64,000 nt of DNA from Chromera velia (Eukaryota). Shown here piece by piece: positions 1-12,345 of the stretch (position 1 is its first letter; each line of letters begins with the position of its first letter). Both the position numbers and the translations under genes were made by a program. The notes beneath the pieces are model-generated. The model saw only the letters and a list, made by a program, of their open reading frames with translations. It was not told the origin of the DNA and searched no databases. The stretch spans positions 1 through 64,000 of the forward strand of contig JAHBMJ010000245.1 in NCBI GenBank assembly GCA_018398765.1. Reading direction: 5' to 3'.

Positions 1-362
1 TCGCGTTCCCACTCCCCTCTTCTGCAATCGTTTCATTTTTCCCTCCTGCCGCAACTTCTGTCGCGTTCCCACTCCCCTCTTCTGCAATCGTTTCATTTTT
101 CCCTCCTGCCGCAACTTCTGTCGCGTTCCCACTCCCCTCTTCTGCAATCGTTTCATTCTTCTCTCCTGCCGCAACTTCTGTCGCGTTCCCACTCCCCTCT
201 TCTGCAATCGTTTCATTTTTCCCTCCTGCCGCAACTTCTGTCGCGTTCCCACTCCCCTCTTCTGCAATCGTTTCATTCTTCTCTCCTGCCGCAACTTCTG
301 TCGCGTTCCCACTCCCCTTTTCTGCAACCGTTTCATGCTTCCCTCCCGCCCCAACTTCTGTT
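1..362 (-). repeat. 60-bp coding tandem repeat (about 6 copies visible) encoding TEVAAG(G/E)[13 protein letters not shown]
   Basis: Lines 1-360 are near-identical 60-mers. The minus-strand frame continuous with exon 3 of the SppA-like gene is stop-free. Confidence 0.95.
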
Positions 363-1288
363 GTGTTTCCACCCTTGTTTCCCTCAATTTTCTTTTCCCT
401 TTTGCTTCCCCAGAACCTCAACCAGCCTTCCCTTTTCTTGTTTTCTTTCTCCCTCTCCTTGTCTTTCTCCTTCTCCGTGTCTTTCTCCTTCTCCTCCTTC
501 TCTGCCGCTGTTCGCACTTTGCTCCTCTTCCAAGATACTAATTTGTTTGTCTGTCGCGCATACTCCGAAGAAGAAATCCACTGCAGCTCACTGAAACCCT
601 GACGCACACGCGGACCCATCCGTTTGTCTTTTTCTCCAAAAGAAAAGAAAGAGGACCTAAATCCTCTTCGACGAAGCTCAGAAATGCCCGAACGCCCTCC
701 CAGCACGGTCCAACGATTAGTCACTCCCCCCTCAGGACCGATGCCCATGTCTAACACCGAGGCACTCGTATCTTTCCCCCTGCTCCCTCCAGTCCAAGAC
801 CGATTTTTTCGAATATCCTCCAAAAAAGCCGGATGGCTGACTTCGACCTCTCTTGCCATTGCTTCCTGCTCCTCCGCCTCATCCACCTCCGGCCTCCAGA
901 CAGGAATCGCTCTAGAGCCCAAGAATTGCTCCACGTCAATGACCGTGTCATTGTACTGTGAGGGACAAAGGGTGATCTCCTCACTGCGGTTGAACAAATC
1001 AGGCAGCAGCTGCCACGGGGTGAAGAGCATCTCCCGGTCCAGCCGTGTCCGGAGGAGTTCCATGGACGAGAACAGAGATGGCCACTCAAGAGAACTTGCA
1101 TGGGCCTTTGAAAGGAACCCCCTCTGCTGAAGTTCCCGGATGGAGACGGGGGCAGATTCAAGGAGCTCCCTCAATTCCTCTGCGGTCCTGTTGAATGTAG
1201 AGGTCCACCTTTGCTCGTCGTTGTCAATACGTCGCTTCTCTGTGTACAGCAAACTCGTCAACCGGCTTTCCGAGGGTTCGTTCAGAAC

Positions 1289-1326
<38 letters not shown>

Positions 1327-1355
1327 GCAGCACGCACACACAGATACCAACCCCC

Positions 1356-1418
<63 letters not shown>

Positions 1419-1428
1419 TACAGATACA

Positions 1429-1466
<38 letters not shown>

Positions 1467-1549
1467 TACACACACAGATACACACTCAGATACACACTCA
1501 GATACACACACAGATACACACACAGATACACACACAGATACACACACAG

Positions 1550-1620
<71 letters not shown>

Positions 1621-1655
1621 CACATACAGATACAGATACACAAACACACACACAG

Positions 1656-1693
<38 letters not shown>

Positions 1694-3595
1694 GCGCACA
1701 CACACACGCACACACATACACGCAGCCATTCACATTCCCGGATGGATGCATGCAGCAATTTAGAAGCATGCTGCAGGTTGGAAGCAATACCCGATAATTG
1801 TCTTGCGTTCAGCCCTGTTTCTTGCGCACAATGTGCCACTCCAATCCCATTCGTGGAAAGTGCACAGACAGCAGCTCGGTTTCTTTTTCTTCCGTCCCGT
1901 TGCTTCTTCCCTCTCTGTTCCTCTCTGACCCTGCTGACGAACTGACGCTATTCTCTCCGAGTGATTTGAATGGGTCCACACTGAATCGGGCCACCGACAC
2001 CTGCACACAGAGGGCATTAGGATGGTATGCTGCAAAGAAAATACCACACACGCACATAAATACGTCCGCAGTTAGTGAGAAGGGGTGAAAGAGAAACGGG
2101 GAAGAGATGAACCGGCAGGAAGTAAGACAGGAAGAAATATACATGTTTGAAGCTTCACACGTGCCCCGCCCCCCCCCCCCCCNACCCCTCCACTGACCCC
2201 CAATTTCGCGAATGTCGAGTTTTTGTACTCTTGGACAAAAGCCCTTCCCGACCATCTCAGCCCATCGTTGTCTGTGGTGTACCACACTTTGTCGCAGTGC
2301 TGAAAGACAAACGGATGTGCAACCTGACCCACCGCCCCAAGCACCGCAAACACTTTCTTCCCACAGTGTCTGAATAAGCGCAGATGCCGTCCCAATTCCT
2401 GCACCCAATCCTCATCCACACACCAGGGCACACCTCCAAGGACAAGGCACGCTACCTCGTTGTCATGCGCACCCCTGTAAATCGCATCCAAAATCTCCCA
2501 CCAACTCCCACTGTTCTCAATAACGAGGACGCGGGTGGGTATCAAAGGCCGTTTCTGTGTCTTCACAAACAATTTGCGTGTCCCACAGTCCCAATTAGCA
2601 TCCACGCGCCTCACTCTACGAGACTCCCACCGAGACTTTGCCTTCATTCCCAAGCAGGGCGGAGGCAGTTTACCGAACGTCTCTGACAATCGGTACTCTA
2701 GTCTTCTAAGGGTTTTTGAAGGGCGTCAAATGCCCAGACTGTTCTTTTTCCTCCAGGCCTTTTTCGCGTCACCATGCGACACAGGCGGCTGATGAAAGCG
2801 GTGAAAGTCATTCCGGATGTCCCGTATCTTTGACAACAAATCCTTCAAAGTCAGGTCCGCTTCCTTGAATACTTCCCCCCTGCCTGCAGTAGAGTTCAGT
2901 TTCTCCAAAATCCTTTCGGAACTGTTCAGAAAAAGTGCAGCATTCTTCTCCTGCAAGGCTGCCACCAGAGTATCCAGAGTCGATTCGGGGGAGCACAGGA
3001 CTTCGCCGCATCCTGAAAGAATCAACCCCCACTCTGGCTCCCAAAACTCGCGGGAAAGGACCGAACCCTTTTCAGCTTTTGGGTGAAGGGCACCGGGGAC
3101 CGCAAGGGCCCAGAGGGGAGGAAGGGCCCCGGCATTCTGGTACTTTCTGAGCAGCTTTCTCCATAAGATCAAGTCGTTAATTCTCTGGTTCAAAAATCGA
3201 CGGAAAAGATACATACGGTAGTCCCCCCTTCTGACCTCTGGCTCGTAGGACGTTGTTCCGCTGATGTAGTCTTCAATTCTGGGAATTTCATCTGGACCGT
3301 CCTGCTTGTGGGGAATGAACGGGACAGTCCAATTCCCGTTCTCCCTCACCCTTGGTTTGAGGATCTGCCGCACTCCCTGAACGTTCTCGAAGTACGGTTC
3401 TCTTTTCATCTTCTCTGCTTCCCGGGCGATAGCCTCGTTGAGATCAATCACCTGAAGCTTCGGTTCTCTCAGAGGCGCATTTTGGAACTTGGTGAAGGCA
3501 GTCGAGAGATTTTCCAGCAGCTGGAAAGAAGAGACGGAGACGGCATGCCAGAGGACCACAAAAAAAGAGACGCCTATGCCATAAGTCCGTGCCAT
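1..3595 (-). CDS. SppA (protease IV / S49 signal peptide peptidase)-like protein, 3' end outside window; exons 3595-2198, 2000-1947, 1288-<1; in-frame TGA at 2728-2726
   Basis: ORF 3595-2726 starts with a signal peptide ([25 protein letters not shown]). It continues in the same frame after a single TGA into [62 protein letters not shown], which I recognise as similar to the N-terminal S49 domain of SppA. Phase-0 GTCAGT..CAG introns join [18 protein letters not shown] and [14 protein letters not shown] (cf. SppA FRVGxYKSAxEP..MS). Exon 3 is open to the window edge. Confidence 0.7.
1291..1722. repeat. Intronic compound microsatellite (CA)n/(GA)n/(CACACACAGATA)n
   Basis: Directly visible. It abuts the gtgtgtgcag acceptor at 1289-1291. 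Confidence 0.95.
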
Positions 3596-4434
3596 CTTTC
3601 TTCCTGAAATGCAAAAGTGAGTAGATCTGCGAAGCTAGAAGGTATCGTGAGATGGCTTACTGTACTTCCGCTGAAAGCATCTGAAAGCTGTGTCATAAAG
3701 CCTTTGACCCCCTTGAAGAAGTAAAGTAAACGTCGATCTCCCGTGGTGGGTGGGTGGGTGAAATTTTCCGAGAAGCCAGAGAACTTGGACGCTGTTCTCG
3801 GCTTGGCGACTGGAACCAGAGAGGGTCTCTCTTCGGGTCGTTTCTCGTAGGACGGTTCGCCGAATGGAAAGGAACGGTGAATTTCACAAAGACCGGAGAC
3901 TTTCTGTGAAATTCGCCGTTTCGTGCCAGACTGAACGAGACGGGTGAGTGCCTTGCAAGGGCTCTCGCGCATGCCATGCATGTATGCAAGTCGCGGAACA
4001 ACGGCTGACGCACGCGGAGCCTGCTCATATGCTTCAAGTCAGCCATGCTATGCCGTCGCCCCTAAGACTGGGCGGTGAGCTCAATATCATCATGCAATGA
4101 TAGAGGCAGTTTGAAAGCTCTTATCTCCGGCCGCGGGGATGGGGGGGGCCTTTTTTTGTCTGCCTAGAGCCTGGGGGGCAGGGCTTCTGTGCGGTGTGAA
4201 AGGGATCTCATGTATGCACGAGAGGGTCCTACAAAACCAGCTTAATTTCCTTAGAAATTTAGTAGAATTTCATTATGGAATTTAAAGAAATTTGGGAAAT
4301 TTTAATTAAAGAAACTAAAAGAAACTTACCATACAATCTACTTATCCAAATTCCACTGAATTACACAACTATTGAAGGTTCATTTTCATAATAATGTAGA
4401 AAGAGTTCTAAGCTCAAATTAGCTGTGTTTATTT

Positions 4435-4620
4435 ACGGAAAGAGTGAAAAGGTGATAAAAGAATAATAAGCAGAAAGAGGGAGAGAGGATGAGCGAGAAA
4501 GACAGAGACAGGGGTAAACAGGAGAAGAATAAAAAAGAGAGAATTAAATGTGGAAAAGGAGGAAGAGCGAGAAAGAGAGAACGGTAGAGAAAGAAGTAGA
4601 CTTAGGCTTAGAGGGAGAGA

Positions 4621-4661
<41 letters not shown>

Positions 4662-4821
4662 NGGAGGGGGGGAGGGAAGAGGGTGGGAGGGAGAGAGGGG
4701 AAGAGCGAGAAAGACAGAGAGGGAAGAAGAGCGAAAAAGAGAGAGGAGGAAGAGCAAAAAAGAGCAGGGAGGAAGAGCGAGAAAGACAGAGAGAGAAGAA
4801 GAGCGAAAAAGAGAGAGAGAG

Positions 4822-4852
<31 letters not shown>

Positions 4853-4915
4853 GAGGAATAACGATTCAGAGGGCCGTACAGCAAGAGGAAGACTTAGCCG
4901 TAGAGGGAGAAAAAA

Positions 4916-4976
<61 letters not shown>

Positions 4977-5005
4977 AGAGAGAGAGGAGGAGACAAAAAG
5001 AGAGG
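4435..5005. repeat. Purine-rich low-complexity tract (poly-G, (GA)n, (GAAA)n)
   Basis: Directly visible. Confidence 0.9.
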
Positions 5006-5593
5006 GCGGTCGTACAGGCACACATGCACACATAGAAGTTTGTGCGAACAGTGTCATCTGCAGACGCCCGTTTCTTCAATGTACTTATGGGTTGCTTTCC
5101 TGACGTTCATACGGCGACTGATTCCGTAGGCATTAGATCGATCCTCCCCCGTGATGCATTTTCTTTCTGATGAATCATCGAAGTTGTTTCTGATCAATCA
5201 AAACAAACACCCTCGACAAAGAGACACGCAGACTTTCTCTTTCCGCTGCATCAAGAAGAAGGCCCTTCCCTCGTCCACGCAGGCACGCGATGGTCCTCGA
5301 CACACGTTTCTCTTCATACACTGGCAGCGAATTGATTTTCACCCACTGAGAATAAGTAAAAAAAGAGAGAGCATTCATCTATGCACGACAGGCGACTTCG
5401 CTATAGCGACAGAAGATTTCAGAGACACAGATGGCGTCAATCATGGCCCGTCGCGCAGCAGCACAGACCACGCATTTCCAAAACCTCTTTTCGGGCACCT
5501 CCCATATACTGTCAGCCTTTCCATGACTGCGCTGCTTTCATCAGAATGGCCGTCTCCTCTGCTCTTTTCTTCATCTATTCTCTCCCTTTCCCT

Positions 5594-6094
5594 TCAAGAG
5601 ACGGGCATGAGAGTGTACGTCTGCGTCTCCACAGTGGACACGCCCTCGATCTTCTTGACACCCTCCAGAAATTTGGCCTCAGGAGCAAAGTCCTTCTTCT
5701 CCCAGTCACCGAATTTTTCCGCAGGCAAGGCCACGACCAGTTTGTAGTCCTTGCACCCCCCGCACACAACTCTCTGGATGCTCGCAGATCCAGACTCGGC
5801 CTTGATCTCGGGGAGAAGGGAAACCATCAACTTCTGCACCTCTGCGAGGGACTTCTTGTCATCTGCGTCGGCCCATTTCAAACGCCATTCCCGGGCTGCA
5901 CGGCAAGAAGAGGGGCATTGTGTTTAAAAAAGTGATCTGGATGAAGCTCTGTAGTAGCCGTCTCCAACAGAAAGTGAGAGTCTGCATGTGCAATTCGAAT
6001 CTTTGTTCGCTCTTGCATTCATGCAAAGCCTCATTGCATCATTCACTCACTGACCGACGGTATCGAAGTCAACTCCCTCAACGATGGTTGGCAT
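5594..6094 (-). CDS. Small conserved algal-type hypothetical protein with CGGC motif, 113 aa; exons 6094-6055 and 5895-5594
   Basis: aaaATG at 6094, then MPTIVEGVDFDTV, a phase-1 GTCAGT..TGCAG intron, and AREWRLKWADADDKKSL..QRVVCGGCKDYK..FAPEAKFL..VETQTYTLMPVS*. The 342-nt spliced frame closes exactly. I recall similar uncharacterised proteins in diatoms and other algae. Confidence 0.85.
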
Positions 6095-6339
6095 TTTATT
6101 CTGGCTTAATTTCTCTTGCCTCGGATCGCAGCTCTGGCGTTTTCTGTGTGGCGAGTGAGCTCAAGGAAACAAGTGGCAGAAAGGCCCAGGTGGTAAACGG
6201 TACAGTCAGCCTCGCTGTTCTCACGACGCTGCGTTGATCACCTCTACAGCTGTCTTGGCATTGACGTATTCTCTGCTCTCAAACTTTTTTAAAAGATCGA
6301 TCCATACAGCCGCTATATATCAGCCGTCTGAGTTTTCTT

Positions 6340-6432
6340 TGGAGGGGGCTGGGGCGCGCGCGCACCATCGCGCACCGCGCCGCGGTGGCCGCCGCGCCCG
6401 GGGCGCCCGGGCCTGAGAAATGCATGCGCATG
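6340..6432. promoter_or_regulatory. GC-rich palindromic island ending in TGCATGCGCATG, upstream of the CGGC gene
   Basis: CpG-dense tract (gcgcgcgcgc, ccgcgg, cccggggcgcccggg) about 250 bp upstream of ATG 6094. Regulatory role is inferred. Confidence 0.35.
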
Positions 6433-7189
6433 AGTTCGAGCATCGTCGATCGGATGTACAAGCTTGGAGGAGTGTCAGAGAAATTGAGAGAATGCGAGGG
6501 ACCGTCTTGCATGAAGGATTGATCAGCTGCAAATCACCGCTCATCACTCGATCGTGCGTGGTTTATGCACAGGCTGCAGAGATGGGTCTTTCGTGTGTCC
6601 ACCGATTTTCTTCTGACTTGATGGAAACCGTGTTGCAGTTTTCAGCACTATGAGGCTGAAGGCTTTCTTCCGCCTTTGTATGCACTGTATGTTCTGGACA
6701 CCAGGGGAACGAAAAGTTTCTCTCCTGTCCGAGCTCACCCAGGGACAACGAAGAGATGACAAACAAAGAAGCCGAGCTACACGGTCATCTTCGGTAAGCC
6801 GGCTCGCTTTGAGAACCTTTCCTCGTGCCTTTCTGCTTCACGTGTTGTTTGTACGTCTCTTTCATGTTCTGTCTCTGCAGGATTGGCACCATGAAGCACT
6901 GGACTTAGATGTCTCTGTGCCGAGCCATCCAACAGTCACAAAGCTCATGCCCTCACCTGTAATACGCTCATGGGATTTCGAACGAGAGGAGAGAAGCCAA
7001 AGTGGCCGGGGGGAGGGGATGCTCTTTCTTCGTTTAATTCAAGCGTTCTTTCAACCGGCTGCGGTGTCCGTGGAGATGGTGGAGACAGGCAGACGATCGA
7101 GGGTAACCTCTGGCCAGCTGGAAGAAGAGGGGATTGCACGGGGCAAACGACGGAAAGGGAAGAAACTGCGTCCAGCGAACACGGCAGTG

Positions 7190-7853
7190 TCACATGATTC
7201 TGGCCTGAACTTTTCTGGCATGCCTGGCAGACGGAGACGGGAAAGGAGACGGGGGGTGGTGGGGAGGTCGAAGGAGGTCCTTTTCGACGCTCACTTCGGT
7301 CTGATCAGTCCTCCAAAAGGGGTTTCGTCTTCGACAGGACAGTCGGAGACAGACATCGGGGAGCTCAGTTTGGCCCTTCCCTCCAAATCCGGCTCGGGGA
7401 AGGAAGAAAGGGGGCGGGGGACGTCGGGGATGCTTTTTCAGTCCGGGGAAGCTACCGGGGTGGCCTTTTTGTCGCCACGCCCTGTAGGAAGATGACAGCC
7501 TGGGTCCATCAGCTTTCACCTGTGAGGAGATCGAGATTGACTTCTTCCCTCCATGCAGGAAAAAAAACGCGGTATGAATTGGTAGTGCGCTATCAGTGCA
7601 AGCGAACAACTGAACCCCTATACCAGTATATTTGTGCTCAGTCTCAATCCTTGGAAGCCAGTCTGTTTTCTTCTTGCGTTCAAGGTGATTTCTTCTTCTT
7701 TGTCTCGCACCTCCATGTACCCTCCTAGCTCCCCCCCCGATTCTGATTGCAAACCTGATTCAATAGACGCCTTGGGAGAAAAAAAAAACACTCACGGATC
7801 GATCTGTGCTTTCCGCTCTTTTCGCTGCCTTCCTACTCATGTATTTCAGTCAC
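7190..7853 (-). CDS. Possible small spliced hypothetical gene or gene remnant
   Basis: Acceptor-like ctcacag at about 7520 precedes a Pro-rich frame ending at 7190. Short exon-like pieces with AG/GT ends lie at about 7770-7711 and 7853-7796. No recognisable domain. Confidence 0.25.
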
Positions 7854-8090
7854 CTGTAACATGTACCTGCCTGCCTGCTCCCCTTCCCCCTTTCCTAATC
7901 AGACGGGTGCAACCGCATACATTGAGAGAGAAAGAGAGAGAGGGAGAGGCAGGCAAACTAGCAGACAAACAGAGAGGCAGGCAGACTGACAGATCACACA
8001 CAGGCAGACACAGAAAGACACAGACAGATAGACAGACATGAACAGACAAACAGGCAGACACACACCGACAGACACAGACATCCGCAGACA

Positions 8091-8161
<71 letters not shown>

Positions 8162-9110
8162 ATGCTTTCGTTCTTTTCTCCTCTATTTTTCTTGGACTAC
8201 TGACAGACAAACAGTTGCAGGCAGATCGAGAGGCAGATGGACACATGTGCAGACAGAGAGAGACAGGTCACATGCTGGTACAGTCAATCAGGCAGACAGA
8301 AAAGCAAGCAAGCAAGTAAGCAGACTGTAGCAGACTGAGAGAGTGAGCAAGCAAGCAAACGACCAAGCACACTGTTTTTGAAGTTCAAATTCAAAAAAAA
8401 AAAAAAATTATAAAGATATATTGATTTCTACATTAATTGATTTAAAACATTCATCCAGTAAATTCAGAAGGGGAAACAATCTGAATTACAGTGGATAGGC
8501 CAGGATAGCTCTAGACAGCTGCCTGATGTATTTAAAGAATCTGAGTCATTATCTGATGTGACTTGCACCCCACTATTAACTGCATTCATATCAAGAGCCA
8601 ATTACAAAAGGAATTAAAAAAGATTGTAGAAAATTTATAAAGAAATAAATAAATGTGGTCTCCTTTTCAGTTCTTCATTTTTGATTTGAGAATCTCACAA
8701 GAAGAGATAACATCGTATAGAAAGGCAAAAAAAAAAAATAGAGTAAAAAAATATAAAGAAAAGAAATAAACGATGACTCACGTTACTCACCTCCTGTGTG
8801 CTCATCTATGCCTGTGCTGTCAGCTTTAGTGTCAGCTACTTAATTTGTGTCTAACACAAGGCTAGAGAAAAGTGGGGACAAAGTGTCACAACGCAAAAAA
8901 AGAGACAAAACCGTTACTTAATCATACCATAAAAGCTTATCATTATTAAGTTGTTAAAGCATGATCAGAACTACTATCAGAACAGAAATGAAGCTAAATG
9001 AAGTAAGAACGTTGTGTTTAAACTTTTGCAGATAAATGTTCTCTATATTATACTCTATATACTTGATTCTCTCCTATTTATACGTCGAATATATGCCTTT
9101 TTAGAAAGGC

Positions 9111-12100
9111 TGTAGGGCCTGTACGAGGCGCCGCCGTGAGGCTGGCGGGGTACTTATCTAATTGACGGGTTGCTCGCACGAAGTATGGGCACGAGATCGA
9201 TGAGCGCGTGCGTCTGTGCATTGATCGATATTTGTAGTGAAGCATGCATCTTGTAGCCAAGCATGAGAAAGCATGATGAGTGGTTCAGCAGCTTGACCAC
9301 TAGCTGTCAAACCAGGTCCTTCCTGATGCAGGACTCCCTCAAGACTGGTCTGAAGGTCTATGCCTTACTTTTAGCCACCACACTGCTAAGGTTCTCATTC
9401 TATTCTCAGAGCCTCAAGCGTACCGTTAACAATTGGATAGCAGAGCTTCTGGCAACACGGGGCAGCAGTGATGGTTGGCAGTTTGAAACTTTGTTGTGTT
9501 AGCAAGCAGACAAACTAGGTAGAAGCTTTAACCCACTGCGTTGATGGCCTGTACCAAGAAGAGTGCAGAGCCAGTATGTCAGTGGAAAAGTTTTTTTTTG
9601 AGCGAAGAGGGCTGAGAGCTTCTGACTATTGTTTTTGAATTCTCTTGCTCTCTTCAGAGTCTTGTCCACAAGTAGGACAGTGATGAAGCCAGAGTCATTT
9701 TCGGTTGTCTAGAGTCCTGGAGAGCAGTGGAACTGTAGACCTGGCCAAGGAGAAACCTGGAGGAAGAAGAAATTTTGAGGAGGGAGTGTGAGGAAGATCA
9801 TCAGTCTGATTGACTGACTGCCGTCTCGCTACCACAACAATGCACGAGGTGCTCATGCCTTCAACGAACGTGCCCAGGTGATGGAAGAGATGCTTTTGGT
9901 TGCTTTTGTTCTTTGAGTAGTTTGGGATGGAAGGAGGAGCCCCCGAGGAGGAGCATCGTCTGGAGTGGAGAATGGATTGGAGTGACTGGAGGTGTGTGGT
10001 CTTCTTTGCATTCGCTCGCAATCATGTGTGCCGCGTTTAAAACGCTTAGTCGTGCCATGGGGGTACCGCGGCAGCCATACATCTCTAAGTCAGTGAGTTT
10101 CTGGATTGTTTTCGTTTGGTTGTATATGGGAGTTGGAAAATTTATTTTGGGAGGAGGAAGGATGGGGTATGAGAAGGAAGGAGACTGTGTGTTGAGGTGG
10201 TTGTGGCTTTGGGTGGTTCGTTCTCTCGCAGTGTCTCTCTGCATCCTGACTGTCTTGTTTCTCCAGATAGGAAGATATCATGGGGATTCAGGTGGTTGAG
10301 ATGAAGGGAGAGAAAAGAAGAAAAGAAAAGAATGAAGTGAAGGTTGGAGGAGAGAGAGGAGATTGCCATACAAGAAGAACACAGGAAGAAAGGAAGAAGG
10401 AGCAATCATTGGAGAAGCAGAGAAGCAATTCTTGTGGGAAAATGAATGTGGGGATGAGGATGGTGATGATAGGTCTCGATTCGTCTTTGTTTTTCCCTTT
10501 ACACTCTGATTCCATTCCTTCCGTCCATCTTTGTATTGCATTGGGGGTTATATAAATTTTCCACTTCCCCAGAGTGTTCTGTCCTATCTGGGCTAGGGGG
10601 GGGAAGAAAGAAGAAGTCAAGAGCTATCGTCTGGGTGCACGTTAGGGATCATGCGAGTGCTTTGTTTCTCTAGTTGTCTCTGCCTGTTGTCTTCACTTTC
10701 CCTCTGTGTGTCTGTCTGTCTGAGTGTTGGGGGGGAGAGTGAAAGGAAACGTAAGAAAGTAGAGAGTTCCAAAAGAGACGTGCAGATGACAGAAACAGAA
10801 GAGAGAGTACACCTGAAGAGAGGGGCGTAGGTCTCTTCACGATCCTTGTCACTCTGTGTCTGTTCTGTTCATCAGAGACAGACGGAGTGGAAAAGAACGG
10901 AGTGTCCATGGAATTCTCACTGTTTTGTTACGGTTGCTGTGCTACTCCCCTGAATCGTTTGATTGAGTCCCACTCAAGGTTGAGTATGACTGAGAGGTGT
11001 GTGCAGAGAGTAAGTTGTAGTCTCTCCTGTGTGCAGAGACTGAGTGTCACTGAGAAGAGAAGAACACGTGGGACAGTACATGCAAGAAGAGAATGAAGAG
11101 CTGAGTGGGGAGAATAGCCAGCATCAGTGCAGAATAAGTGACCATGATACTAACGCAGCAAACGAGAAGAGTGTAGATCAGAGAGAGAGTCACTGAGAGT
11201 GTGTTAATCCTGTTTAATCGCGTTCTCCGGTTCCGTGATGGTCTTGTTCAAAGAAAAGCGCACACCGTTTGCGGCTGCATTTGTGCGTGTGTAGTCGCAG
11301 TGTTTTAGAAATTCCTGCCGAGTTCACCCAGCAGGTTGAACATGTTCTGCAGAGCATCGAGCAGAATATCACCACCTCGCAGTAAGAGTAGTAGCAGATA
11401 GCGTTTAGAGAACGGAAGCGTGAACGAAGTGTGTCTGAAGGAGCACGGAGCTGGACATCAATAAGCAGGCTACGTGCAAATTCGGCCTTGGCGCAGCGGG
11501 GGGCCTGAGGGGAGAAGACAAAACAGAGAGGTGTAGAGAGGGTAGCATGTACAGCACACTGAGTGTGTTGTGAGCTGGAAATGGGAGGCATTGCGGTCCT
11601 TTAGGACTGGAGGCCAGCGTGTACCCTGAACAGTCGACTAGTAATTGAGCGCTCAGAGGCTCCAGCAGATGGCGTAAGAGGGTGTACTGAGCCAAACACT
11701 TGCGTTTTGGAGGTTGACTGCAGATGTGTGTACAGATTCAAGCCTGTTGATGGGTGTTATGTGGTCACTTGATTTCCATTTTTATTAGTTCGTTTGTTTT
11801 GAGAGCGAGCAGATGTAGGGTGAGAGATGGTGAGAGAAAAGAAAGACCCCCGAGCATGGACGTCGGCCTTGGCGAGCGGGCAGATATAGGGCCTGTACGA
11901 GGCGCCGCCGTGAGGCTGGCGGGGCACTTATCTGATTGACGGGTTGCTCGCATGGAGTATGGGCGTGAGATCGATGAGTGCGTGCGTCTGTGCATTGATC
12001 GATATTTGCAATGAAGCATGCGTTTTGTAGCCAAGCATGAGAAGGCATGATGAGTGGTTCAGCAGCTTGACCACTAGCTGTCAAACCTTCCTGATGTAGG

Positions 12101-12199
12101 ACTCCCTCAAGACCGGTCTGAAGGTCTATGCCTTATTTCTAGCCACTACACTGCTAGGGTTCTCATTCTATTCTCAAAGCCCCAAGCGTACCATTGACA
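9111..12199 (+). mobile_element. Non-autonomous LTR retrotransposon (LARD/TRIM-like), LTRs 9111-9431 and 11885-12199
   Basis: Direct repeats of 321 and 315 bp with TG..CA ends (3' LTR begins TA). Perfect 5-bp TSD AAGGC at 9106-9110 and 12200-12204. PBS-like TGGATAGCAGAGC follows the 5' LTR and purine-rich GGCGAGCGGGCAGA precedes the 3' LTR. No gag/pol recognisable inside. Confidence 0.92.
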
Positions 12200-12290
12200 A
12201 AGGCAGTCTGATAAGGGATTCTATTAAAGGGAGCAAAGAAACGATGGTTTCCAACGATTTTGATTTATGTTGCCTCATTTGTTTTCCATC

Positions 12291-12345
12291 TGATTGATTG
12301 ATTGATTGATTGATTGATATGTTCCGCCCTAGGGCCTTCCTGCTA
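12291..12345 (-). mobile_element. Very short non-LTR retroelement 3' end with (AATC)n tail
   Basis: (GATT)n-GATATGTTCCGCCCTAGGGCCTTCC(T/C)GCTA is shared with 34431-34472. Confidence 0.7.

Noticed and set aside
1..360. 60-bp repeats as a CRISPR array
   Set aside because: There are no unique spacers or cas genes. It is a head-to-tail coding minisatellite.
1809..1811. Second in-frame TGA in the SppA-like gene
   Set aside because: It falls inside the inferred intron that begins at the GTCAGT donor at 1946.
1140..1945. HT/CV-rich ORFs (also 15036-15837, 7846-8319, 25124-25596)
   Set aside because: These are translations of intronic dinucleotide and tetranucleotide microsatellites.
6650..7495. 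281-aa plus-strand ORF as a gene
   Set aside because: TTG/ATG context is weak, no domain is recognisable, and exon-like signals compete on the opposite strand. Unresolved.
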